A stretch of DNA of 64,000 nucleotides, taken from an uncultured archaeon (GTDB taxonomy: Archaea; Nanohalarchaeota; Nanosalinia; Nanosalinales; Nanoanaerosalinaceae). Positions 19,777 through 29,231 of this stretch are shown here, in pieces. Position 1 is the first letter of the stretch. The number at the start of each line of letters is the position of its first letter. The position numbers and the translations under genes are program-made. The notes beneath the pieces were generated by a model. That model was not told the origin of the DNA. It did no database searches and worked only from the letters and a program-made list of their open reading frames with translations. The stretch covers positions 9,250 to 73,249 of the forward strand of contig CAZFEL010000005.1 in the NCBI GenBank assembly GCA_964517675.1. Reading direction: 5' to 3'.

Positions 19777-19912
19777 GCTATTTCCCTACTTCACATCCAC
19801 GATATATAAATGTTCTCTGTAGACCAACCCATGTTTTCGATCACATACGTTCTACCACAACATCTCTCTCCGGCCCACACAACTTAAAACAGTGGACCGC
19901 CATGACCTGCCC

Positions 19913-20194
19913 ATGGTCGAGAACGAGACACTCGAACAGGTCGCGGCCAACGCCCGGCTCGACCTGACCGAGGAAGAGAAAGAACGGTTCCGGCAGGACC
20001 TCGAGGACATCCTCGATGCCTTCGAGTCACTCGATGATATCGATACCGACGGGGTCGAACCCGCCTTCCACCCGATCGAGCTCCAGGACAGGGAACGGGA
20101 GGACCGTGAGGAGGACTGCCTCGACCAGGCACGTGCACTCGAGAACACGGAAAACAGCGAGGACGGATACTTCAAGGGGCCGCGGGCGACATGA
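19913..20194 (+). CDS. gatC: Asp/Glu-tRNA amidotransferase subunit C
   Basis: VAANARLDL...LEDILDAF...REDREE...GYFKGPR; overlaps gatA start. Confidence 0.9.
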   Translation: MVENETLEQVAANARLDLTEEEKERFRQDLEDILDAFESLDDIDTDGVEPAFHPIELQDREREDREEDCLDQARALENTENSEDGYFKGPRAT

Positions 20195-21594
20195 GACGGA
20201 CCACCGCGACCGACCAGATCGAGGGCGATACAAGCGTCTCGATGGACGACGTCCGGCAGCGGATCGAGGAGGTCAACGAAAAGCTCGATGCCGTCCGGGC
20301 GACGGACTGGGACCGGGACGCCTCAAATGGCCGTCTCGACGGGCTCCCCATCACCGCCAAAGACAACATCTGCGTCGAGGGCATGCCAGCGACGGCAGGC
20401 TCGAAGATACTCGAACCGTACGAGCCACCGTTCACCGCCACCGCCGCACAGCGGCTCGAGGACGAGGGCGGCCGGGTGATCGCGAAGACCAACCAGGACG
20501 AGTTCGGCTTCGGCACCTTCTCGATGAACTCCGCCTACGAGATACCCAAGAACCCACACGACACCGACAGAGTGACCGGGGGGTCCTCCGGCGGGGCAGC
20601 AGCACTGACAGCCGCACTCGACCGGCCCCACCTCGCCCTGGGCCAGTCCACCGGCGGGTCGATCTCCTGTCCAGCCGCGTTCTGCGGAGTCGTCGGCCTG
20701 ACACCGACCTACGGCCGGGTCTCACGGTACGGCCTGATCGATTACGCCAACTCCATGGACAAGATCGGGCCGATCGCACGGTCCGTCGAGGACGCGGCCC
20801 ACGGCCTCGAGATCATCGCCGGCGAGGATCCTGACGATTTCACCACCGCGGGCCGCGATGTCCCAGCATACAGCAACCTCCAGGGACGTCTCGATGGCAC
20901 CACGATCGGGGTCCCGACACAGTACATGAACTACGAAGGCGTCGATGAGCGGGTCCGGGAGGAGGTCTGGTCCTCGATCAAGCGGATGGAGGACCTCGGT
21001 GCGGAGGTCAAAGAGATATCCCTGCCGAAGATCGCCAAGAACTACGCATTGCCCGCATACTACATCACCGCCGTCGCGGAGGCCTCGACCAACCTGGCCC
21101 GGTACGCCGGGATGCGGTACGGTCTCGAGGGCAACCCCGAACGACAGAACTACGATGCGTACTTCTCAGGGATACGAAGTAAGGGGTTCGGCGAGGAGAC
21201 CAAACGGCGCATCCTGCTCGGTACCTTCGCCCGCCAGGCAGGCTACCGGGACGATTACTACATGAAGGCCCTCAAGGTCCGCCGTCTCGTGATCGATGAA
21301 TTCAAGCGCGGCTTCAAGGACGTCGACATGCTGGCGGCCCCCACCATGCCGATCCCGGCACCGACCCGGGACGAGGCGGACGATCTGCCACCGACGGAGG
21401 TCTACGCGATGGACACACTGACCGTCGGCCCGAACCTCGCCGGGATGCCCCAGCTTTCATTGCCCACAGGAACCGTTGACGGCATGCCGGTCGGACTCCA
21501 TCTGATAGGGGCACAGTTCGACGAGAAAAGCCTCATCCAGGCAGGCCTGGCATACGAACAACAGGAGGGCCTGATCGATCTCCCTGATATCTAG
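20191..21594 (+). CDS. gatA: Asp/Glu-tRNA amidotransferase subunit A
   Basis: AKDNI, KTNQDEFGFG, GGSSGGAA, STGGSISCPA, ETKRRILLGTF. Confidence 0.93.
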   Translation: MRRTTATDQIEGDTSVSMDDVRQRIEEVNEKLDAVRATDWDRDASNGRLDGLPITAKDNICVEGMPATAGSKILEPYEPPFTATAAQRLEDEGGRVIAKTNQDEFGFGTFSMNSAYEIPKNPHDTDRVTGGSSGGAAALTAALDRPHLALGQSTGGSISCPAAFCGVVGLTPTYGRVSRYGLIDYANSMDKIGPIARSVEDAAHGLEIIAGEDPDDFTTAGRDVPAYSNLQGRLDGTTIGVPTQYMNYEGVDERVREEVWSSIKRMEDLGAEVKEISLPKIAKNYALPAYYITAVAEASTNLARYAGMRYGLEGNPERQNYDAYFSGIRSKGFGEETKRRILLGTFARQAGYRDDYYMKALKVRRLVIDEFKRGFKDVDMLAAPTMPIPAPTRDEADDLPPTEVYAMDTLTVGPNLAGMPQLSLPTGTVDGMPVGLHLIGAQFDEKSLIQAGLAYEQQEGLIDLPDI

Positions 21595-22547
21595 AGATCG
21601 AGCCGCTCGCGCATCTCAGCCTCAATCATCTCCCCGCCCTTGTTCTTCCGGACGACCCCGGTGAGGTATGCCTCCTGCCCCTGCCGGTCCTCGATGCCCT
21701 CTGCCTCGAGGTACTTGATGTGGGGCATGACCTCCTCGTCCGGGCCGAACAGGTCGACGTTGCGGACTTCCCGCTCGGGATCGAAGGGGTCGGCCGGCTC
21801 GTAGGTGTAGGTCTTGAGTTCCTCATCGAGGGCACGACGGAGGTACTGCTCTGCCTCAGGATGGTCCTGCTCTGCCGCCCGCTCGAGGAGACCTTCGACC
21901 GTCTCGCCCTCTGCCTGCATCATGGTGCCGTAACCGTGGTGGTCTTCGTGGTCGGGACCGACCCGCTCGAGGTCCACCCCGGTCTCCTCGAGGGCCTCGT
22001 TGTAGGACGCCACGCCTTCGTCCATCTTGTCCTCGAACTGCTTCTTGTGGACGAGCTCGTGGACCATCATGCCGAATATCGCCGGCTTGTACTCTATCCG
22101 GGGCTCTCGTTCCCCGATCCGGACGACATCGTTGTGCCAGTCGTATGATCCGGTCGCATGGTCGAACCGGAGCTCGACATCCCGGGGCTCCTCGACCGCC
22201 TTGCCCTCATCCGTGAGATACGCGGCCGCCGCCCTCGCGACACCGCGGAGGACCTCCTCCTTGTAGACCGAGGAAATCTCATCCGACCAGACGGCCTCCG
22301 AGCGGACATCCCGAAACGTCTCGGCGGCCTCATCGGGCCGGTCCTCGCGGTAATGCTTGATGGCGTCCTGCCCGGCCTCCTGGACAGCATCCTCGAGACT
22401 GACAGGATCGTCGTATCCCTCCATCTCCGCGAGGGTCTCCTCCCGCATGTACTCGCGGAAGGACGCCGTGTCCCCGGCAAGGAAGCGGCTGTACGTATCG
22501 ACCTCCTCCTCGATAAGGTCCACGGTGCCGTCCGGGTGAGCTTTCAT
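21591..22547 (-). CDS. Acidic hypothetical protein with HExxH zincin-like motif
   Basis: GSYDW...VHELVHKKQFE. Confidence 0.7.
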   Translation of the reverse strand: MKAHPDGTVDLIEEEVDTYSRFLAGDTASFREYMREETLAEMEGYDDPVSLEDAVQEAGQDAIKHYREDRPDEAAETFRDVRSEAVWSDEISSVYKEEVLRGVARAAAAYLTDEGKAVEEPRDVELRFDHATGSYDWHNDVVRIGEREPRIEYKPAIFGMMVHELVHKKQFEDKMDEGVASYNEALEETGVDLERVGPDHEDHHGYGTMMQAEGETVEGLLERAAEQDHPEAEQYLRRALDEELKTYTYEPADPFDPEREVRNVDLFGPDEEVMPHIKYLEAEGIEDRQGQEAYLTGVVRKNKGGEMIEAEMRERLDL

Positions 22548-22693
22548 TGTACAAGCATATACCCGTTCTTTTCTTATAAATGTATCTATTATGGGGTAAA
22601 AAATTAACATCTGTTATCCACGCGGGCTCTCGCATTAACGTCGCGCCGGGCCAAGAGGAAGCCTTATAAGTAGTGACTTCGCAGTAACAACCG

Positions 22694-24319
22694 ATGTCCG
22701 GTGACAACCACGACCCGCTACAGGAGGTCCACGAGACACTCACCACGATGGGTGTAGACGCCCCCATGCCGCCGGAGGACGACATCAGGTACGACGATGA
22801 TACAGGCGACAGCGGGGACGCCGGGTACTCCGAGGCCACCGACAGCCTCCATCTCGATGAGGACGGTACCGCGACCACCGCGGGCCACGAACTGCTGCAT
22901 TACGCCCAGGCGGTGTACGGGGTCGGCCGGCCGCGACCGGACCACGGCCGCAGCGTCCAGGCGCTCAGACAGACCGCGGACAACCTCGAGGACGAGCTGG
23001 GCGAAGATATCCTTGAGAGCATGCTCCCGTACGGGGACGTGCTCAACGATACAGATGCCAAGATCGCCGCGATCATGTATGCCTCGGACGAGGATTTCGC
23101 CGAGACCTACGAGGAGACCGTCGGAAGCGGCGGTGACGCGAACGATTTCCTCGATGCCGTCCAGCAGGATACAGCCGCATACGAAAACAGGATGGACGCC
23201 GTGCTCGGACCTATCGGCAGGCGCGTCCAGCAGCTCGATCAGCTGCCACTGGACACCGAGGGAGAGACGGATGCGTTCTTCTACTCCCTGTGGGACACCA
23301 GCCAGGATGATGGACCCGTGACCGGGGAGGACATGTTCGATCAGATATACAGCGGCTGGGATGAGGACGAAGCCATCAGCCTCGCGGAGGCCCTCCAGGG
23401 CCGGGACGACGGCACAGCCGTCCTCGATGCGGTCGAGGCACGGATACAGGAATACGACAAGCGTCGCGAGGACGGCATGGCTCCCGAGGAGGCGGCCGGT
23501 TCGATCATCCAGGAGGGCCTCGAGCGGTTCGAGCTGACAGGCAGGGAACTCGGGCTCCGTGGAGAACAACGGGAGTACGTCGCCGGCATCGAGAAGCGTG
23601 ATTACACCGGCTTCGAGTCAGGTGACGAGCTCGTCGACCTGCTCGAGAAGGGTGACGCATTCCGGCAGGCACTCGACGATGTCCAGTCAGCGTTCAACGG
23701 GTTCGAATCGGCATACAGGAGCCTCCATCGCGACCAGGCGGAGCAGGACATCGACGGGGAAGATAAGTCCCACAAGATAGAACAGGACCGCCAGGACATG
23801 GAGATCATGCGAGAACGGATACACGATACCGTCGAGGAGGTCCGGGAGATCTCCGGGCTGCCTGGAGAGGACGCCTTCGTCGATGCCATCGAGACCCTCG
23901 TGACCTCCTACGTCGCCGTCCTCGATGAGCACGAGCACACCCGGGAGGACCTCGATACGGGGTACCTCGAGACCGGGGAGGGACGGGAGCTGATCACCCG
24001 GCTGCGGACCGCCGGCGATGATGACCTCGCGAACGCCCCTGTCTCGAACCCGATCTCGTCCTACATCACCGAGGACCTCGCCGAGGACGATGACCGCTTC
24101 GAGCTCAAGCTCGGGGACGAGGGCGCGATGGAGCATCTCTCGCGCCTGTTCGCGGGTGACAAGCTGGACGAGATCCTGGCGGACAACGGGCTCCCTGAGG
24201 AGGAGACAGAACGGATAGAACTCGACCGGCGGGTCGAGGACAGCGATATGCCGCCGGGCTATGTCAGGTGGCTCCACGACAACGAGCCCGGCGACCCGGA
24301 CGGGAAGATGTTCCAGTGA
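22694..24319 (+). CDS. Large acidic helical protein with N-terminal HExxH motif
   Basis: AGYSEAT...GHELLHYAQ; divergent from the previous gene. Confidence 0.75.
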   Translation: MSGDNHDPLQEVHETLTTMGVDAPMPPEDDIRYDDDTGDSGDAGYSEATDSLHLDEDGTATTAGHELLHYAQAVYGVGRPRPDHGRSVQALRQTADNLEDELGEDILESMLPYGDVLNDTDAKIAAIMYASDEDFAETYEETVGSGGDANDFLDAVQQDTAAYENRMDAVLGPIGRRVQQLDQLPLDTEGETDAFFYSLWDTSQDDGPVTGEDMFDQIYSGWDEDEAISLAEALQGRDDGTAVLDAVEARIQEYDKRREDGMAPEEAAGSIIQEGLERFELTGRELGLRGEQREYVAGIEKRDYTGFESGDELVDLLEKGDAFRQALDDVQSAFNGFESAYRSLHRDQAEQDIDGEDKSHKIEQDRQDMEIMRERIHDTVEEVREISGLPGEDAFVDAIETLVTSYVAVLDEHEHTREDLDTGYLETGEGRELITRLRTAGDDDLANAPVSNPISSYITEDLAEDDDRFELKLGDEGAMEHLSRLFAGDKLDEILADNGLPEEETERIELDRRVEDSDMPPGYVRWLHDNEPGDPDGKMFQ

Positions 24320-25093
24320 TCAGCCCTCCCGCCGGTTCGCCAGCCGGTCCCACAGCCACGTCGGGAGCAGGACCTTCAGCTTCGGACCAAGCCACGCTTC
24401 GGGCGTGATCGTGTAACGCGGTGAGGGACTGTCCGTCTCGACGGCCTTGATCAGTGTCTGCGCGGCCTTCTCAGGAGCGATCCCGCCGACGTCCTGATCG
24501 AGTTTCCCGCGGTACCGGTCCGCGTACCGCGATCCCGGCAGGTACCGCTTCAGGTTCATCGCCCCGGCCTCGTTGAACCCCGTCCTGACCGCACCCGGCT
24601 CGATGATCACGACATCGACCGGCTCATCCATCAGCTCCATCCGCAGGGCATCGCTCGCCGCCTCGACGGCGTGTTTGGATGCGGCATAGGCCCCCCAGAA
24701 CGGGCCGACGATCCTCCCTGCGACGGAGGAGACGTTGATGATCCGGCCGTCATTGTCCCGCACCGATGGCAGGGCGGCCTTCGTCACCGCGAGGAGGCCG
24801 AACAGGTTGGTCTCGAAGTGCTTTTCTACATCCTCAACGGACATGTCCTCGATGGCACCGAGAGCCTGGTGGCCGGCACAGTTGATCAGGACCTCGATGT
24901 CCTCGTCCGCAAGGACCTCCTGTACTCTGTCCTGGTCGTAGACATCGCCCTGATAGGTCCGCACTTCCTCGGGCAGGTCCTCGAGGTACTCCTGTTCGAT
25001 ATCGAGGACGGTCACGTCATGACCCCGCTCGAGCAGACCCTCGGCGGTCGCTTTTCCGATCCCGTGGCCGCCACCGGTGATGAACACGTGCAT
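24320..25093 (-). CDS. SDR family oxidoreductase
   Basis: TGGGHGIG, NCAG, NVSS, YAASK. Confidence 0.93.
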   Translation of the reverse strand: MHVFITGGGHGIGKATAEGLLERGHDVTVLDIEQEYLEDLPEEVRTYQGDVYDQDRVQEVLADEDIEVLINCAGHQALGAIEDMSVEDVEKHFETNLFGLLAVTKAALPSVRDNDGRIINVSSVAGRIVGPFWGAYAASKHAVEAASDALRMELMDEPVDVVIIEPGAVRTGFNEAGAMNLKRYLPGSRYADRYRGKLDQDVGGIAPEKAAQTLIKAVETDSPSPRYTITPEAWLGPKLKVLLPTWLWDRLANRREG

Positions 25094-25175
25094 ATCCTGT
25101 AGTTGTGAGCAGGTGCTGAAAAAGCGACGGGCCGAGACAGATTTTTAACCCTTCCCGGGAAGTCTGGACTGACCC

Positions 25176-26588
25176 ATGGGCGATGGCGTGACGATCGGAC
25201 TGGAGACCCACGTGCAGCTCGATACCGACACGAAGCTGTTCTGTGGGTGCTCGGCGGATCTCGGCGATGACCCGAACACCCACACCTGCGAGATCTGTCT
25301 GGGCATGCCGGGGTCGAAGCCACGCACCAACCGGCGGGTTATCGAGTACGCGGCCAAGGCAGCGATGGCGCTGAACTGCCCGATCAACGACGAGGTCCGG
25401 TTCTCCCGGAAGACATATTTTTACCCGGACATGGCGAAGAACTTCCAGATAACCCAGTACGAGATCCCGATCGGCGGTCGAGGCCAGGTCCGGACCCGGC
25501 TCCGCGGACAGGAGAAAGAGATCGGTATCAAGCGCGTCCACATCGAGGAAGATCCCGCACGGATCGTCCACAAAGGCGGGGACATCGCCTCCTCGGACTA
25601 CACCCTTATCGATTACAACCGGGCCGGGATGCCCCTGATCGAGGTCGTCACCGAGCCTGACTTCAACTCCCCGGAGGAGGCACGGGCCTTCCTCCAGAAA
25701 CTGACCCAGATCCTTGAGTACCTCGGCGTCTATGATCCGGCCTCCGATCTCTCGATCAAGTCCGACGCCAACATCTCGATCGACGGCGGGGAGCGAGTGG
25801 AGGTCAAAAACATCACCGGCACCAAAGGCATCGAGCAGGCCCTGAAGTACGAGATCACCCGGCAGCGGAACCTCAAAAAGCGAGGACAGGACATCGAGCG
25901 CGAGACCCGCTCATACAGCTCCTCCCAGGAGATCACGACATCCCTGCGACAGAAGGAGATGGAAGAGGAGTACGGCTATATCTTCGAGCCAGACCTGACG
26001 AAGATCAGCGTCGATGCGGACCAGAAAGACGAGATACGCGAGACGATCCCCGAGCTGCCGGACGAGAAGTTCGACCGGTTCCGCAAAGAGTACGGGCTCG
26101 AGGACGAGCTCGTCGAGTCCCTGGTCACCGACCCGGAGCTGGCCGAGGCCTTCGAGGAGCTGGCCGGGGACCATGACACGGACCTGGTCGCGGCCTGGCT
26201 GACAGGCGAGCTGAAAAAGACACTGAACTACAACGGTATCGCATACTCACGATCGGGCCTCCAGACAGCCTGGCTCGATCATATCATCGGCCTCCTCGAA
26301 GACAACGAGATCAGCGACCGGAACGCAGAGATGCTGCTCCGGGAGCTTATCGAGGACCCCCGCGACCCACAGGAGGTCATCGAACAGCAGGACCTTCTCC
26401 AGGCGGAAGAGGACGAGATCAAAGAGATCGTCACGGCCGTCCTCGAGGACCACGAGGACGCGGTCCAGGACTACCGCGACGGCAAGGAGGATGCTATCAA
26501 CTTCCTGGTTGGCCAGATCATGCAGGAGAGCAACGGGAAGGCGGACCCGAAGGAAGCCCGCCAGATGCTGATGGAGGAACTCGAGTGA
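25176..26588 (+). CDS. gatB: Asp/Glu-tRNA amidotransferase subunit B
   Basis: IGLETHVQL, RKTYFYPD, HIEED, DYNRAGMPLIEVVTEP, EVKN, Yqey tail. Confidence 0.97.
   Translation: MGDGVTIGLETHVQLDTDTKLFCGCSADLGDDPNTHTCEICLGMPGSKPRTNRRVIEYAAKAAMALNCPINDEVRFSRKTYFYPDMAKNFQITQYEIPIGGRGQVRTRLRGQEKEIGIKRVHIEEDPARIVHKGGDIASSDYTLIDYNRAGMPLIEVVTEPDFNSPEEARAFLQKLTQILEYLGVYDPASDLSIKSDANISIDGGERVEVKNITGTKGIEQALKYEITRQRNLKKRGQDIERETRSYSSSQEITTSLRQKEMEEEYGYIFEPDLTKISVDADQKDEIRETIPELPDEKFDRFRKEYGLEDELVESLVTDPELAEAFEELAGDHDTDLVAAWLTGELKKTLNYNGIAYSRSGLQTAWLDHIIGLLEDNEISDRNAEMLLRELIEDPRDPQEVIEQQDLLQAEEDEIKEIVTAVLEDHEDAVQDYRDGKEDAINFLVGQIMQESNGKADPKEARQMLMEELE
26435..26483 (+). repeat. 49-bp perfect direct repeat, copy 1 (copy 2 at 27346-27394)
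   Basis: GGCCGTCCTCGAGGACCACGAGGACGCGGTCCAGGACTACCGCGACGGC is identical in gatB and the downstream gene. Confidence 0.95.
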
Positions 26589-27502
26589 TGGATGCGGATG
26601 ATCTCCTCAACAGGCATGGCATCGAGTACATGTTGATCGAGCAGGACAGACCGACCCGGAAGTGCCAGGACTCCGCCGAGGAGCGAGGGGTCTCGGAGAC
26701 CCAGATCGTCAAGAGCCTGATTCTCAGACACGATGGAGAATGCGTCCACTGCCTCCTCCCCGGCGACCGGGACGTAGACGAGGAGAACTTCGACGGCGAT
26801 ATCGAGATGGTTTCCGATGCGGAGGTCAAAGAGCTCACCGGCTGTGAACCTGGGACCGTTCACCCGTTCGCCTCCGACTGCCGGCTCATCATCGATGAGC
26901 ATCTGATGGAAGAGGACAAGCTCTCCTTTACCGCCGGGGACCCGTACCGCGGTATCATCATCTCCCGGGACCAGTTCCTCGAGGCCGTTCAGCGAGAGTT
27001 CGAGGTCGATGACATAAGCAGCAAGGAACCGTCCGAGGCCGAGCGGTACGCCAACGAGCACGGGATCACGCCGGGCGAGGCGAAAGACCTCCTCGACCAT
27101 GACGATGAAGACCTGTTCGAGGACCTGGCCTCACGGCTCGGGACAGGCGCTGCCTCCACGTACATCCGGTTCATGGAACGGGCAGAGAAAAGCGAAGACG
27201 AAACCAATGACCTGACCGCAGGGGAACTCGAGAAAGTCATCGAGGGAAGCTCATCAGAGGAACAGACACGGTCCGCCATCGTCTCGCTGCTGCAGGGAGA
27301 GGAACCTGATTTGGACGACGATATCGACCTTGACGCGACCATCGAGGCCGTCCTCGAGGACCACGAGGACGCGGTCCAGGACTACCGCGACGGCGAGGAC
27401 AGTGCCCTCAATCATCTGATCGGGCAGGTCATGAGAGCAAGCAGTGGGAGGGCAGACCCTGAAGAGGCACGGGAACGGCTCCTCGAGGAGATGCCGTCAT
27501 GA
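26588..27502 (+). CDS. YbaK/ProX-type aminoacyl-tRNA deacylase domain fused to a GatB helical + Yqey tRNA-binding region
   Basis: N-term QIVKSLIL, GTVHPF, FTAGDP; C-term LEDHEDAVQDYRDG...LIGQVM..S.GRADP; TGATG overlap with gatB. Confidence 0.85.
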   Translation: MDADDLLNRHGIEYMLIEQDRPTRKCQDSAEERGVSETQIVKSLILRHDGECVHCLLPGDRDVDEENFDGDIEMVSDAEVKELTGCEPGTVHPFASDCRLIIDEHLMEEDKLSFTAGDPYRGIIISRDQFLEAVQREFEVDDISSKEPSEAERYANEHGITPGEAKDLLDHDDEDLFEDLASRLGTGAASTYIRFMERAEKSEDETNDLTAGELEKVIEGSSSEEQTRSAIVSLLQGEEPDLDDDIDLDATIEAVLEDHEDAVQDYRDGEDSALNHLIGQVMRASSGRADPEEARERLLEEMPS

Positions 27503-28507
27503 GACGAAGCTCTTGATGTGATCGCGTATCTCTCTCAGTTCTTTCCGCGTCAGGACCCCACCGACCGCTGTCGGGATCCAGAACGACATGACCCTGAACA
27601 GCAACACCACCGCCGCTGCCTCCTCGATACCGACACCGACCCCGCGGTAGGAAGCCGCCATCGTCGCCTCGAAGGCCCCGACCCCACCAGGCAGCATGCT
27701 CGCGGCACCGATCCATGTCGCGGTGATGAATCCGATAACGACCGATCCAAGGGCTATCTCGGTCTCAAGGGACAGGAACAGCACATAGACCGTGACCGCC
27801 ATGATCACCATCCCCAGGAGGTTACAGAAGACCGGGAACGCGAGCTTCGACCTGTGATTCCTGGCATACCGGACGCCATCCGCGATCTCATCAGCTATCC
27901 GACGCATCCGAGGCCCCGCCGGCCGGACCAGCCGTCCGAACAGCGATTCCAGCCGCCGGACCAGCTGGCGGAGCCGATCGATCTCGGAGACCAGATAGCC
28001 CGTGTACACGATACCAGCAACAACGACCGCAGTCAGGATCCCCGGGACGATGAGGGAACGGCGCGTGACCTCCCCCTGGACGAACAGGATGAACCCGAAG
28101 ACGACGATGATCAGGGTGGAGACCGCATTAGCGACGTTTTTCAGGATGAGAGTGCGCTTCGAGACCTTCGAATCGACCCCTTCCCTGCGGAAGTGATAAT
28201 CGAGGACCGCGAGCCCACTGACACCCATGCTGGGGATCGTGTTCCCGACGAACTGGGATTTCAGGGTCGCACCGACAAGTCCATGGAACCCCATCGAGTA
28301 CCCGAACGTGCCTAACAGGACCTGATAGACGTAGGCATTGATCACGATCCCCGCCACGACGAGGAAGGCAGCAAGCACGAGAAAGCCAGGACGAGCATCG
28401 AAGACAATGGCGAGGACCCGCTCCAACGGGAGGAAATGATCGAGTGCGACCAGCGCGATCAGTGTCAGGGCCACCAGGATGCCGAAGTTCTTCAGTCTGG
28501 CCTTCAT
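27497..28507 (-). CDS. Lysylphosphatidylglycerol synthase TM / UPF0104 flippase-like membrane protein
   Basis: QFVGNTIPSMG, LPGGVGAFEA, LLFRVMSFWIP. Confidence 0.85.
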   Translation of the reverse strand: MKARLKNFGILVALTLIALVALDHFLPLERVLAIVFDARPGFLVLAAFLVVAGIVINAYVYQVLLGTFGYSMGFHGLVGATLKSQFVGNTIPSMGVSGLAVLDYHFRREGVDSKVSKRTLILKNVANAVSTLIIVVFGFILFVQGEVTRRSLIVPGILTAVVVAGIVYTGYLVSEIDRLRQLVRRLESLFGRLVRPAGPRMRRIADEIADGVRYARNHRSKLAFPVFCNLLGMVIMAVTVYVLFLSLETEIALGSVVIGFITATWIGAASMLPGGVGAFEATMAASYRGVGVGIEEAAAVVLLFRVMSFWIPTAVGGVLTRKELREIRDHIKSFVS

Positions 28508-29172
28508 CGGATCACCTTACGGAGATCATGGAGCCCGGCAAGCTCGTAGGTCGGCTCGGTCCGGAGCTCATAGTCTTCCCTGTGACGGCGGCGGATGAAC
28601 GCCGAATCCAGTCCCGCCCGCTCGGCGGCCTCCACATCGACCCAGCTGTCCCCGACATAGAGGACCTCCTCTGTCCCGATATCGTCCATCGCCTTCCTGA
28701 GATAATGGGTATCCGGTTTCAGGCGACCCAGGTCGGTCCAGTCCTCGCCCCGGCCACGGACCGTCTTGAAGAGATAATCGACATCGAACCGCTGGAGGAC
28801 AAAGGAGACGAACCGTTGCTGGTTGTTGCTGACCACGCCAAGATCGAAGCTGTCGTACAGCATCTCGACGGCGTTGACATCCGTGTACAGGGCCTTCTCC
28901 CCGCGTCGGATGACCTCCTTCTGGTACTCCAGTGAGCGACGCTCGCGCCTGCGCCAGAACTCCGCGACGTCGATCCCGTAGCTCTCACAGATCGCACGCT
29001 TCCGCGAGGGATCACCGAGGGATGCCAGCTCCTGGACATCCTCGCCATCCGGGTCCTGGATACCGAACCCGGCCAGCAGCGTCCGGACCTCCTCCGTGAA
29101 CCTGCGGGCGGGGTCGTACTCGACCTCGAGTAACACCCCATCATGGTCGAACAGGATTGCGTCGTAGGACAT
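28504..29172 (-). CDS. HAD-superfamily hydrolase
   Basis: FDHDGVL, VVSN, KPD, YVGDSWVD. Confidence 0.9.
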   Translation of the reverse strand: MSYDAILFDHDGVLLEVEYDPARRFTEEVRTLLAGFGIQDPDGEDVQELASLGDPSRKRAICESYGIDVAEFWRRRERRSLEYQKEVIRRGEKALYTDVNAVEMLYDSFDLGVVSNNQQRFVSFVLQRFDVDYLFKTVRGRGEDWTDLGRLKPDTHYLRKAMDDIGTEEVLYVGDSWVDVEAAERAGLDSAFIRRRHREDYELRTEPTYELAGLHDLRKVIR

Positions 29173-29231
29173 GTCGCTATAGCTCCAATACTGCCGCGGA
29201 CTTAAAAGCGTGGCTCCAGAGGTCCTGCCGG

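Noticed and set aside
19525-19800. cdrS-like ribbon-helix-helix gene upstream of ftsZ2, or ORB-type replication origin
   Set aside because: The only ORF (19577-19759) has no RHH pattern or acidic bias; no ORB consensus and no cdc6 nearby
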